Shown: positions 8,121-16,339, numbered from the stretch's first letter. The stretch is 32,000 nt of DNA from Acaryochloris marina MBIC11017 (GCF_000018105.1 NC_009931.1:140729-172728); one strand, 5' to 3'. The notes: a model not told the origin generated them from the sequence alone. Numbers and translations are program-made.

Positions 8121-8165
8121 CATACGCGATTGCCAAATTGTTGGCGTATGGTGTGGTATTTTCGC
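8121..8165 (+). other. Candidate oriT core: an inverted repeat followed by a MOBF-like nic motif
   Basis: CATACGC (8121-8127) pairs with GCGTATG (8144-8150). The following GCGTATGGTGTGGTATTTT resembles the F nic region GCGTGGGGTGT/GGTGCTTT and the R388 GCGTATTGTCT/ATAG, as I recall them. It lies in the divergent region upstream of the relaxase operon. Confidence 0.4.
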
Positions 8166-8180
8166 CGGGGCTTGGGGCAG

Positions 8181-8283
8181 CGCCCCAAATTGCCGTCTTC
8201 CCTGGATCTGCCCCGTTTCTGCCCCAGAATGTCCCCAGGCTGCCCCATGTTTGCCCCAAGTTGTCCCAGGTTTGCCCAAAATG
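8181..8283. repeat. Iteron block 1: 7 clear plus 2-3 degenerate TG(C/T)CCC(C)A units at 10-11 bp spacing
   Basis: Unit starts fall at 8209, 8220, 8230, 8241, 8252, 8262 and 8273, giving spacings of 11, 10, 11, 11, 10 and 11. Degenerate units lie at 8181 and 8191. Confidence 0.8.
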
Positions 8284-8321
8284 AGCATATTGAAAGCTGA
8301 AAAATTGGGTTGAGAAAAAGT

Positions 8322-8374
8322 TGCCCCAGATTGTCCCTGAGTTGCCCCGGATTGTCCCCAGTCTGCCCCAAAAG
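8322..8374. repeat. Iteron block 2: 5 TG(C/T)CCC units at 10-11 bp spacing
   Basis: Unit starts fall at 8322, 8333, 8343, 8354 and 8364. A 49-bp AT-rich core separates this block from block 1. Confidence 0.8.
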
Positions 8375-8551
8375 ATCCCATTTCAAGGATATGGAATGTT
8401 ACGGGAATTGTGATGATGGTTGATGGTTTTTGACAAAAGCCACTAGAATGCCCCTAGAACTTTGAACACCACCGAAAAGATTTTTAACAAAAGCGACGCC
8501 ACTTCGCGAGAATGCGGTCGCAAATTGGGTTGAAGTTTACTAACTAAATCA

Positions 8552-9721
8552 ATGATTGATGCAACGATCACGTTCGACTTTGGCGGATCGGGGTGCCGTG
8601 CTATTGCACAAGTACCGGGTCAGCCAGAGCAACTGTATTTGCTATCACCGGAGATGGCGCAGATCGAACGAGGCCGAATTGAAGATACCTTTGCAATGCT
8701 CCATGAATTTGGAGAACCGAACCTAACCACCTCTATTTGGTTGGAGTTCGCGGGCAGTGCTTATGTGCTGGGTGACTTTGCTAAGCAGTTTGCCGTGAGT
8801 GGGCTGCAACTGAGCAAGCAAAAGTTCGAGCTGGGGATTACCAAGGCCCTGGCCCTGATTGCCTGGATTGCCCAGGACAACGGGCTGGAAAAGGGGGCTT
8901 CCATCGCCTTGGGGGTCGTTCTCCCCTGGCGCGAATATAAGGATCGACGAGCCTTTGAAGATCAGCTTTGTCTTCAGGTACAGAACTATATCTTTCGCGG
9001 CCAGTCCGTGGGGTATCAGCTGGATCTGTTCACCTGCTACCCGGAGGGCTGGGGGGTTCTGAACAATATGATGTTCTCGGAAGGACTCAATAACGCCGCT
9101 GTATGGATGTGGGGGTTCCGCGACACCACCGTACTTTGGGCCGCGAACCGTCAGCGCGAGGGCAGTACGGAGCCGTGGGGGTTCCGCCGTTTTATCGAGC
9201 GGTTCCAAGAAAGGGCACGGTTGCCCATCTGTGATGCTCAAGAAGTTGAGATTGATGAGCTGTACTTAGCTAGAGTTTTGGGGAGTGTCACCAGCTTAGA
9301 ACCTGAACAACTGAGGTCACATCTATCTCCCCTCGTGAGTGGTCTGTCAGTTCTCTACCAGGAAGATGCCCTGACCCAACTGTGTGAGCAGTATGAGCGC
9401 ATCTATCAGCTGTACTTCCAAGATGCGATCTCAGTCTTTGAGCGCAATACCCCCCAACACATTGAGCGGATCATCCCCTGTGGGGGGACGGCCTGGTTGT
9501 ACCGTTCTCTCCTGAATGAGTACTTGAAGCAGAAGCCAGGGGTGCAGCAAAGCTGGGCGACTCAGCAGGAGCGGGCCGTGATGGACACCTTTGGTAAGAA
9601 GGTGGTCAAAGCTGAGGGGCTGCAGTATCGCCTGGATGATCCAATGGGCATCTTTGGCCTCGTCCGTGCCCAAGTCAAACATCGCCAACCATCAGCAGGA
9701 GGGTTAAAAGTTGCCAGATAA
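8552..9721 (+). CDS. parM: Actin-like segregation ATPase (ParM/StbA-like)
   Basis: Actin-fold motifs are present: DFGGSGCR (phosphate 1), GFRDTTV (phosphate 2) and IIPCGGTAWLY (adenosine). The gene sits downstream of the iteron arrays and upstream of a small RHH gene. Confidence 0.7.
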   Translation: MIDATITFDFGGSGCRAIAQVPGQPEQLYLLSPEMAQIERGRIEDTFAMLHEFGEPNLTTSIWLEFAGSAYVLGDFAKQFAVSGLQLSKQKFELGITKALALIAWIAQDNGLEKGASIALGVVLPWREYKDRRAFEDQLCLQVQNYIFRGQSVGYQLDLFTCYPEGWGVLNNMMFSEGLNNAAVWMWGFRDTTVLWAANRQREGSTEPWGFRRFIERFQERARLPICDAQEVEIDELYLARVLGSVTSLEPEQLRSHLSPLVSGLSVLYQEDALTQLCEQYERIYQLYFQDAISVFERNTPQHIERIIPCGGTAWLYRSLLNEYLKQKPGVQQSWATQQERAVMDTFGKKVVKAEGLQYRLDDPMGIFGLVRAQVKHRQPSAGGLKVAR

Positions 9722-10109
9722 CCGATTTGATAGACGGCTGCGTGTCCGTGCGGATAAAGGCAGTATTGAGCAGGCCATTGTGGAGGAAATTGAAGATCCC
9801 TGTACGCCCCCTGGAAGGGTGGGTGAAACGATTCTGCGAATGGGCCAAGCCTTCTTTGGTCATCGTGCGGCCCGTCGAATTCATCGCTCCGAACTAGAGG
9901 TAAAAAGTGCGGCGAGGGACTCAATTCGGCTGCTGCGAGAGCAGATTACCTATATTGCCCTCGACAGTGGCTTGAAAGATGAGCTGCCGCTGTTATTGGG
10001 CTTTCCCCAGTTTTCGATGAATGGTGTTTCCACCGAGCAAGGGGTAGCCCCCGTTGAGGAGTCTACCTCTGACATCCCTGATTTAAGTGAAGCATTTAAG
10101 GATAACTAG
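9711..10109 (+). CDS. parR: Small RHH-like DNA-binding protein, ParR-like adaptor candidate
   Basis: A TTG start overlaps the parM stop, and GGAGGG lies 8 nt upstream. The N-terminus RRLRVRADKGSIEQAIVEEIE fits a strand-helix RHH pattern, and the tail is acidic. Confidence 0.45.
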   Translation: MPDNRFDRRLRVRADKGSIEQAIVEEIEDPCTPPGRVGETILRMGQAFFGHRAARRIHRSELEVKSAARDSIRLLREQITYIALDSGLKDELPLLLGFPQFSMNGVSTEQGVAPVEESTSDIPDLSEAFKDN

Positions 10110-10111
10110 TC

Positions 10112-10738
10112 ATGCCCCAAACGAAGAATCAACTGATTGAGCAGGTTGCCAAGCCCAATGAGGTCAACGACGAGCAAGCGAACCAACTGATTGAGCTGCT
10201 GCAGATGCAGGAAGGTAAAGGAAAGAAATACCCAGATGAGCAAGTTCAGCTCTTTGAGCGGGCCTGCCAGTTGACCCGCAAAGGGCAACCCGTACCGGAT
10301 GCGGCTCAGATGGCATTGAATGAGGCTCAGCAAGAACCGCAGCCCCCAGCTCCCCAAGAACAAGCGGATGCACCCCCTAAACAGTCCACCTTGGATGGAG
10401 GGGTTCAAGACCTGGTTGAAATTGCTGAAACAGCGGGTGAAAGTACCGCCGAGCGATTAAGCCAACGCCCGGAGATGTTGTCGGATCAAACGATTCATGA
10501 ATTTGATAAGGCATTCTTTGTCTCGTTGGGGTATCACCTCCAACGTAAGCTCTCCGCAAGGGATCAGAGTCCCACTCCGATAGATGTGAAAGTGGAGCCT
10601 GCGGGACTAGGAATTTTGAAGGGGGTTCAGGAACGCTTGCAGGCGAAAGAAGAAGCTGAGCGCAAGGTGTTAGTCGCAGCAACACAGACGACGGATCAAC
10701 CTACTGAACCTGCCGAGGTTGTTAGTGAGCAGCAATAG
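10112..10738 (+). CDS. Hypothetical protein (208 aa), Q/E/P-rich
   Basis: An ATG with AAGGA upstream starts 2 nt after the previous stop, in the same operon. Confidence 0.55.
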   Translation: MPQTKNQLIEQVAKPNEVNDEQANQLIELLQMQEGKGKKYPDEQVQLFERACQLTRKGQPVPDAAQMALNEAQQEPQPPAPQEQADAPPKQSTLDGGVQDLVEIAETAGESTAERLSQRPEMLSDQTIHEFDKAFFVSLGYHLQRKLSARDQSPTPIDVKVEPAGLGILKGVQERLQAKEEAERKVLVAATQTTDQPTEPAEVVSEQQ

Positions 10739-10760
10739 CCTAAAGCAATCCCCCCAGCTC

Positions 10761-11288
10761 ATGTCCAGTGATGAAATGGAAGTGGTGAGCCGCGAGGTAT
10801 ATGACGTTGCCTCCGCTGATGCTCAACGGCTGATTGAAGCAATCCATAAGCACCGGGACATCAATCATCAGTCCGTCTTGGAGGCTTACAATCTGGTGTT
10901 TACCAGGGAGCTGAATCGGTTGCTGCAATCTCAGAAGGTTTTGGGTGCGGTAGCGATTGATAAAGTCTCGCCTGATCGGGTTAGACTCCCCGTAAATGGT
11001 GCACCGAATGAGGCTGATCTGATCCAGCTTGCCCAACGGCAATTGTTCTTAGTCCTGGTGGCCGTCGCCGCTCAGCATGAGAAGGTTCAAGAGATAAAGG
11101 AACGTCGGTGTGAACATGGCATCACGTTACTGAGAAATCTCACGGATTTACTTCGGGAACTATTCGGTTCTCTGCTGGGTTTGGTGTTGCTGCTGGCAAT
11201 GTTTTATGGGTTGGGGGTTGCGACTGGGGTAAACCTGCCGGGGGAGGTTATTTGCCGGGTGAGGATTGCTCAGTGTGCTGGGGAATAA
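10761..11288 (+). CDS. Hypothetical protein with a C-terminal TM segment
   Basis: This is the first ATG of the ORF; the track start at 10719 is TTG. The TM segment is LFGSLLGLVLLLAMFYGLGVATGV. Confidence 0.45.
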   Translation: MSSDEMEVVSREVYDVASADAQRLIEAIHKHRDINHQSVLEAYNLVFTRELNRLLQSQKVLGAVAIDKVSPDRVRLPVNGAPNEADLIQLAQRQLFLVLVAVAAQHEKVQEIKERRCEHGITLLRNLTDLLRELFGSLLGLVLLLAMFYGLGVATGVNLPGEVICRVRIAQCAGE

Positions 11289-11325
11289 TTCTCGAGACTC
11301 AATATGTGGATTTTGGAGGATTACT

Positions 11326-11508
11326 ATGCCAACTTTAAGAGCTGAGATAGCAGACATTATTACCCAGAATTCTGTGGAGAGAGCAGCGTTAGAAATACTA
11401 GCGTTGCTGGAGGAAAAAGGATTATCGCTCGTCGAAAATGGTTGGCTGGATGATGACACGATCTCTCAGCTTAATCACATTAGCGAAGAGAAGAATGATG
11501 AAAAGTAA
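11326..11508 (+). CDS. Hypothetical 60-aa acidic protein
   Basis: An internal ATG is preceded by GGAGG (TTTTGGAGGATTACTATG). Confidence 0.4.
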   Translation: MPTLRAEIADIITQNSVERAALEILALLEEKGLSLVENGWLDDDTISQLNHISEEKNDEK

Positions 11509-11860
11509 GTTTGCTCTGTTAATGGCGACAGCAATAGGCATTTTGGTTGTCCAGCCAGCAATGGCGGCTAACTTAAGCTCAAGCGAGATTGATCAAATGC
11601 TTCAAAATATCGCCATACCAATAGCGATGATCGCATCTTCTATTCTTGCGATCCATATATTCTCCTCCGGGCAACTCTCATATGTACAAATGAGGAAACA
11701 ACCAGGCAAAATCCGGGAGTTAATTGGGATTACCTGTATGTCATTCGCGCTTTGCTCACTCCCTTCTCTAGTCGTTGGGGAGTTTGGGAGCGGGAATGTA
11801 ACGCTGCTTTTGATCAATGGTGCGTTGATTGCTTTTGGTTTGATGATTCGTTCTCAGTAA
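11495..11860 (+). CDS. Secreted or membrane protein (121 aa) with a signal peptide and 2-3 TM helices; VirB2/TrbC-pilin-like topology, unproven
   Basis: MMKSKFALLMATAIGILVVQPAMA/AN fits an AxA cleavage site. Hydrophobic helices are separated by the basic loop MRKQPGKIRE. Confidence 0.5.
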   Translation: MMKSKFALLMATAIGILVVQPAMAANLSSSEIDQMLQNIAIPIAMIASSILAIHIFSSGQLSYVQMRKQPGKIRELIGITCMSFALCSLPSLVVGEFGSGNVTLLLINGALIAFGLMIRSQ

Positions 11861-11969
11861 AGGTAGAGAACGCATGAGGATATCGTTTGAAGGGCTACAA
11901 CCTGTTAGATACCTTCTGCGATCGCAACTCTGATACCAATCCACGGAGCTTAGACCATAGGAGAAAATC

Positions 11970-12569
11970 ATGGATTGTGCTGCTACGCGGACCCCCGAGG
12001 AAAGAGAATTCTTGCGTCTAAAAGGTCGAGATATGGCCTTTGGCTACATCCAGATGGCCCGCAGGTGTCCTCGCCCGGAGGAGATTGCTAATATGGCGCT
12101 TACCGATTGGGGCCAGGGCAATATCTTCAATGGTGTCGTGGATCAACTGGGCCTCATCTGGGAGGACGTTGACGGCAAGATTGTCTATCGTAAGAATCCC
12201 CAGCGAGAGCTGGAAAAAGAGCAAGCCCTTGACCGCTATCGATGCGCGTCAAAAGAGCCTCCTTTCAAACAGTATCCAGATTTGCAGGAGATGTCGCTTG
12301 ATGCACTACTGAGTGAATTGGAGAGCTGGCACAAAATCGGTGGATTTGATGAGCGGTATGACGAAGAGCGAGTAGAAGCCTTGGTCTGGATGTTGTGTTA
12401 TCGCATTGCCTCGGTCATGGCAGAAGATCATTGTATTTTGCTTGAGATGGCCGCATACGCGATTGGCTATGAGCATAAGACCCACCCCACGGCCATCCCT
12501 GAATGGAAGGATTGGGGCATGGCGATGTGTGATCGGGTTCTGGGGTCAATCTATACGAAACCCGATTGA
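11970..12569 (+). CDS. Hypothetical protein (199 aa)
   Basis: Complete ORF with backbone-like composition; last gene of the plus-strand operon. Confidence 0.55.
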   Translation: MDCAATRTPEEREFLRLKGRDMAFGYIQMARRCPRPEEIANMALTDWGQGNIFNGVVDQLGLIWEDVDGKIVYRKNPQRELEKEQALDRYRCASKEPPFKQYPDLQEMSLDALLSELESWHKIGGFDERYDEERVEALVWMLCYRIASVMAEDHCILLEMAAYAIGYEHKTHPTAIPEWKDWGMAMCDRVLGSIYTKPD

Positions 12570-12663
12570 GTTCCCAGACGTTCACATTCCAGGCGGTTTC
12601 TGTGTTGCCTAGCTGCGATGACCGAAGGTCGGTCTTCGACCATCGCGCATCCAATACCAACTC

Positions 12664-12844
12664 CCCAGACTTCCCACCAAACAGCAGTAAAAACGACCCC
12701 CCGCCACTTCTAGTCCAAGAGGTCGTTGAATCCTTTCTTTAATTATAATGAGGATCCCAAATGACGACGAACCCCTTTATCGGCTACTTCGAGCAAGTTT
12801 GGATTGACCACCAGACCAACTACGGCCAGCACGCTGATCCATGC
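12664..12844 (+). repeat. Copy A of a diverged 181-bp direct repeat
   Basis: It aligns base for base, at roughly 85 percent by eye, with 16617-16797. The aligned part includes a hairpin, an SD and the first 28 codons of a small ORF. Confidence 0.8.
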
Positions 12845-12868
12845 TTAGCGGTCTTGTGTATCACCTAG
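12761..12868 (+). pseudogene. Truncated paralogue (35 codons) of the 16714-16941 small ORF
   Basis: MTTNPFIGYFEQVWIDHQTNYGQHADPC matches MTTNPFSDYYEQAWIDHQTDYGQHPDPC. It then diverges and stops. Confidence 0.6.
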
Positions 12869-12884
12869 TCAGCCATAACTTACT

Positions 12885-13247
12885 TTAGAACTCAATTTCT
12901 TCCACCAAAAATGCACAAGACCTTGAGTGATCAATAAAGTTATTCTCATCCTCAATAAGCTTCGGTCCAAGTTCAGCCATCTCAGTCGAACCCATGGCTT
13001 CCATGAGATCATTCTCTGATTCAAACCACACCTCAGCAACACCATCAAACTCTTCTGCCATGCTTCTTGACTGTCTCATGCTTTCATTTAAAGGACTGGA
13101 GAGAGTATGCGACTGCACATATTTTTGAGTTCTCATCACAGCAGCATTCTTCATAAAGAATGGACCATGGCTATTCTGCCAATAATCCTGAAAAGCTTCT
13201 CTGGTGATATCAGCGCGACGATGAAGGCACATTATCAATTTGATCAT
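12885..13247 (-). CDS. EthD-domain protein
   Basis: MIKLIMCLHRRADITREAFQDYWQNSHGPF...FDGVAEVWFESENDL matches the EthD pattern. Confidence 0.65.
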   Translation of the reverse strand: MIKLIMCLHRRADITREAFQDYWQNSHGPFFMKNAAVMRTQKYVQSHTLSSPLNESMRQSRSMAEEFDGVAEVWFESENDLMEAMGSTEMAELGPKLIEDENNFIDHSRSCAFLVEEIEF

Positions 13248-13404
13248 GACACTCGAACTCTGATCGTTTTGGATTAAAAATGGCTAAAGACTAAGATTAC
13301 CAGGCGGGCGGACCAACGCGAGTGGCCTCTGAAGAACCAAAAGTCTCAACGAAGTGAACGACGAGGAAACACTGAAAACGTAGCCTGCTCCGTGCATTGA
13401 CTTG

Positions 13405-13977
13405 TTATGCGGCCTTTGTGGGCCACCGTGCAACCTCGTAGACGATTTCAGTTGGATTGAAATCATTCTCCAAGTAACCGCAATAGTGATCAATGATCAT
13501 TCCGAATTCAAGCTTACAGCTGACAATCGCGAGGAAATGCCCAGCGATGGGCCAGAGTTGAGGAACTGAGCGTTGGGCGGACGCGAAATCGACAACAAAG
13601 AGCGGGCATGTCGGAACCCAATATCCCTTACCGCCCTGTTGAATAGCGTTAGGCGGAGTGATCATCAAATGACAATCAGTGTTTGGATCAACGTTATGTA
13701 TTTGTTGAATGAGGTTCATCGCCTTATCGGGCCAAGCAACCTCGGTGTAGTGGTACTCGTTCGGACGCGTTTGAGATCCGGACCCGATGCCATCAGCAGT
13801 GGCGGGCAGAAAAGTGGAAATGATGTCGTGTGATTCAGGTGTGTAGACGCAGGGTGCGGAACTGAGCGCTTGCGACAGCGGTGGTGCGAGTGATTCGAGG
13901 AACGTGTTTCGATTGCGGCGTTGTTTGTTGGCCGACGCCTTGAGGAAGATCAATCGTTTGCGTTCATCGGAATCCAT
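13405..13977 (-). CDS. Hypothetical protein (190 aa)
   Basis: Complete ORF with no recognisable motif. Its GC looks higher than its flanks. Confidence 0.5.
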   Translation of the reverse strand: MDSDERKRLIFLKASANKQRRNRNTFLESLAPPLSQALSSAPCVYTPESHDIISTFLPATADGIGSGSQTRPNEYHYTEVAWPDKAMNLIQQIHNVDPNTDCHLMITPPNAIQQGGKGYWVPTCPLFVVDFASAQRSVPQLWPIAGHFLAIVSCKLEFGMIIDHYCGYLENDFNPTEIVYEVARWPTKAA

Positions 13978-14258
13978 CTTTCGCGTCGGGTTTGCTGCGT
14001 AACTATTGATTATATAAATATTGTCTGGTAACTCCAGCTTGAGGGCTATTATCTTCCAACTACTTTTTAACTCCGAGATAATGACATTATCAAGTCAGCA
14101 TCGGATAATTCCAACTCCAAGGGTGTTGTCCAGTAGTTCACCGTACTCACAAGGCCAAGTTTAAGAAGTTTAAGTCCTAATCTTCTTTCCTTTACCTTTT
14201 CGATTCAGATCACCAAATGAGGCCAATATCGCGAGGCTATAAAAATCAGTCACTAGAT

Positions 14259-14651
14259 GGGGTATTGTGGAACAATCCCCAAAAGTGACGATTCTGAAGA
14301 AGATCCGCCCAGAAAACATACAGCAAACCTTTTTGAGCAAGGGACATTAAGTTCAGCAGAACCGTTGCAAATACTAAGCTTAAAGTCTCTTCATATTAAT
14401 CAACCGTCTACTATATCAAGAGTTAGGAGACAGCTAAAATCACCCCAAAAACACTGTCTATTAAATCGTTAAATCCTACTTAGGAGGCAGTAGTGTCTAT
14501 TAATCGATTTAGGAGACATCATTAGAGGCGAAATCTGCACGAGCGTGGGTTTTCATACTGAGGGTTTTATACCTCGATAAGTTTTAAGACCGGATCAACA
14601 ACCCAATTCATTGCAGAATCGTCACTTTTGGGGGTTGTTCCACAATACCCC
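14259..14651. mobile_element. MITE-like element (393 bp) with 38-bp terminal inverted repeats
   Basis: GGGGTATTGTGGAACAATCCCCAAAAGTGACGATTCTG (14259-14296) matches the reverse complement of 14614-14651 at 37 of 38 positions. The interior is non-coding, with three TTAGGAGRCA repeats. Confidence 0.55.
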
Positions 14652-14809
14652 TTAGTGGGGTCTTTCAGAATCACTGCTTTTGGGGGTTGTTCCACTGATA
14701 CCTCTTCTAGGTTCGGAAAGTCTTGCCAACAATAGTGACAAAACCAACAGATTTGCCCATGACTAATGTGAGGGAGGAGTTCATGGGAGCAAATGGGACA
14801 GTCAAACAT
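14567..14809 (-). CDS. Small Cys-rich (zinc-ribbon-like) protein whose C-terminus is read from repeat sequence
   Basis: MFDCPICSHELLPHISHGQICWFCHYCW. The 3' third of the ORF lies inside the repeat copies at 14614-14702. Confidence 0.4.
   Translation of the reverse strand: MFDCPICSHELLPHISHGQICWFCHYCWQDFPNLEEVSVEQPPKAVILKDPTKGYCGTTPKSDDSAMNWVVDPVLKLIEV
14666..14702 (-). repeat. Third, degenerate copy of the MITE terminal repeat
   Basis: CAGAATCACTGCTTTTGGGGGTTGTTCCACTGATACC lies immediately after the right TIR, in the same orientation. Confidence 0.6.
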
Positions 14810-15057
14810 GGGGAAACCTCTGGCGTAGATTGACTCACCCAGAATCATAGGTAAGTGCCCTTCGTTACGAACGATAGTTGATAAAGTTGAGAATCCTATG
14901 AAGATTATTGAAAACAAACGATGTTGACTGGGCTAAAGGTTGCAGAGATAGGCATTGTTAAAGTTTTAGGATGCCAGCATAACACTTTTGCATGGACCAA
15001 AATCCCTGAAGTCCTTAAGCAGCAGTAGTGGTAGCCCTAGTCTCTTCAGTAGAAGTG

Positions 15058-15360
15058 TTACCCTGAAATCTTTCTAGAACTTGGACCATGCCGTTCTTTG
15101 TTTGGATCAGCACATTCAGAATCAATCTGAGCAGATGGTTTGACCGCTGCTGTCGGCACTGGATCATATCCGCCAGGGTGAAAGGGGTGGCAACGACAAA
15201 TTCGTTTCAACGCCAACCAGCTTCCCTTGAGGACTCCCCAAGTTGATATTGCTTCAATGGCGTAGGCCGAACAAGTCGGCTGAAAACGGCAAGACGGCAG
15301 AAATAAAGGCGAAATGAATCGCCGATAAAACTGAATTAATCCAATTAATAGCGTTTTCAT
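15058..15360 (-). CDS. yidD: Membrane protein insertion efficiency factor YidD
   Basis: [30 protein letters not shown]...[17 protein letters not shown] is the canonical YidD signature. A ~30-aa C-terminal extension follows. Confidence 0.85.
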   Translation of the reverse strand: MKTLLIGLIQFYRRFISPLFLPSCRFQPTCSAYAIEAISTWGVLKGSWLALKRICRCHPFHPGGYDPVPTAAVKPSAQIDSECADPNKERHGPSSRKISG

Positions 15361-15731
15361 ACAACTAACTCAAACAGGGATAGACCATAAGCCTATCTCT
15401 ATTTAACAATAGACATTATCGGAAATAAAATGAGTGAGAATAACTTCAAATGTCTATGTCGTAAGTCTTTGAGGTCGATTTTTCTCCAAAAATAAAACGC
15501 TTTCCCAGTAAGGTTTTCAGCTATTTCCGATAAGGTCTAATGAAAATATTGAATACGAAGTGGGTCTATGATCCATATTCTACCAACCTGGGGTCGGTTC
15601 AAATCAGGGTAACGCTTTCGCTTAAGGGGAAAAGGCTGCATCTGCTCCTGTACAAGGGCTTTAGGGGTTTTGATTATATAAAAGTGTTACCCTGACATCC
15701 TAGAACTTGAACCATGTCCGACAGTTAATTA

Positions 15732-15802
15732 TTACGTAAATACTTTTTGGATTACGCATAATAGCAATATTGTTACGTAACTAAGGAAAATGTTATGCGT
15801 AA
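15732..15802. promoter_or_regulatory. Four phased TTACG(T/C)-type palindromic sites, a putative operator of the RHH gene
   Basis: TTACGTAA lies at 15732 and 15773. TTACGCATAA at 15752 has its inverted copy TTATGCGTAA at 15793, overlapping the ATG. Spacings are 20, 21 and 20 bp. Confidence 0.5.
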
Positions 15803-16313
15803 AACTATCAGCATTCCAGAGTCCCTAGCGTCTGAGTTGGAGCAATTCAAGGATCGGCTGAATGCCTCTGAAATCTGCACATTGGCCCTACGAAGGGAGG
15901 TTAAACGGCTTAAGGCTTTGGATAGCTTAGAAGCTGGTGCTGATGTTGAGCGCTTCCAATTGGAGCGACAACGGGACGGAGACCACTGGGAAGCTAAAGG
16001 CAAGATTGCTGGTATTCAAACGGCTGTAAGGCTTGGTTATAGGCCATTAAGCGAGGTATGCGCTTCAGTCGAGCTATGTACTCGGGAAGGATTACCTGTT
16101 ATCGATCAAATTGCCCAAATTCCCGGAGTGATAGAGCTGATCGAGGATTGCATGAAAGATGATGAATGCTTATCTGTATTCACTGACGATTATGCTCACG
16201 GGTATGGTCTCGGAGCGCTTGAAGCCTGGGATACTTTACATACTCAGGCTGGGAAAGGGGCGGCGACAGGCGAGACAAATTCGGAGATAAACAGTGAAAC
16301 CCCTAACAGATGA
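15795..16313 (+). CDS. RHH (CopG-like) N-terminal domain protein (172 aa)
   Basis: The N-terminus MRKTISIPESLASELEQF fits an RHH strand-helix. Operator-like palindromes lie upstream. Confidence 0.55.
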   Translation: MRKTISIPESLASELEQFKDRLNASEICTLALRREVKRLKALDSLEAGADVERFQLERQRDGDHWEAKGKIAGIQTAVRLGYRPLSEVCASVELCTREGLPVIDQIAQIPGVIELIEDCMKDDECLSVFTDDYAHGYGLGALEAWDTLHTQAGKGAATGETNSEINSETPNR

Positions 16314-16339
16314 TCAGATCAAAGAACAAACACAGGAAT

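Noticed and set aside
7968-8386. Four overlapping ORFs (137, 61, 77 and 88 aa) across the TGCCCCA repeats
   Set aside because: Their translations are periodic echoes of the 10-11 bp iterons (GQSGATQGQSGAT..., LGQLRDNLGQL...). All three frames and both strands stay open only because of the repeat composition. I treat the region as non-coding iteron DNA.
8420-8460. Possible parM promoter: TTGATG-18 nt-TAGAAT, or TTGACA-19 nt-TAGAAC
   Set aside because: Two competing weak matches have non-optimal spacers. I cannot choose between them or support either without TSS data.
14257-14472. 71-aa ORF starting in the left TIR of the MITE-like element
   Set aside because: Its N-terminus (MGYCGTIPKSDDSEE) is simply the TIR translated, and the same peptide appears from the other TIR. 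The interior is AT-rich and repeat-bearing.
14259-14702. Whether the three ~38-bp repeat copies form a CRISPR array
   Set aside because: There are only three copies, one inverted relative to the others. The spacings are 317 bp and 14 bp, and no cas genes are present. This fits a MITE or TIR structure, not a CRISPR array.
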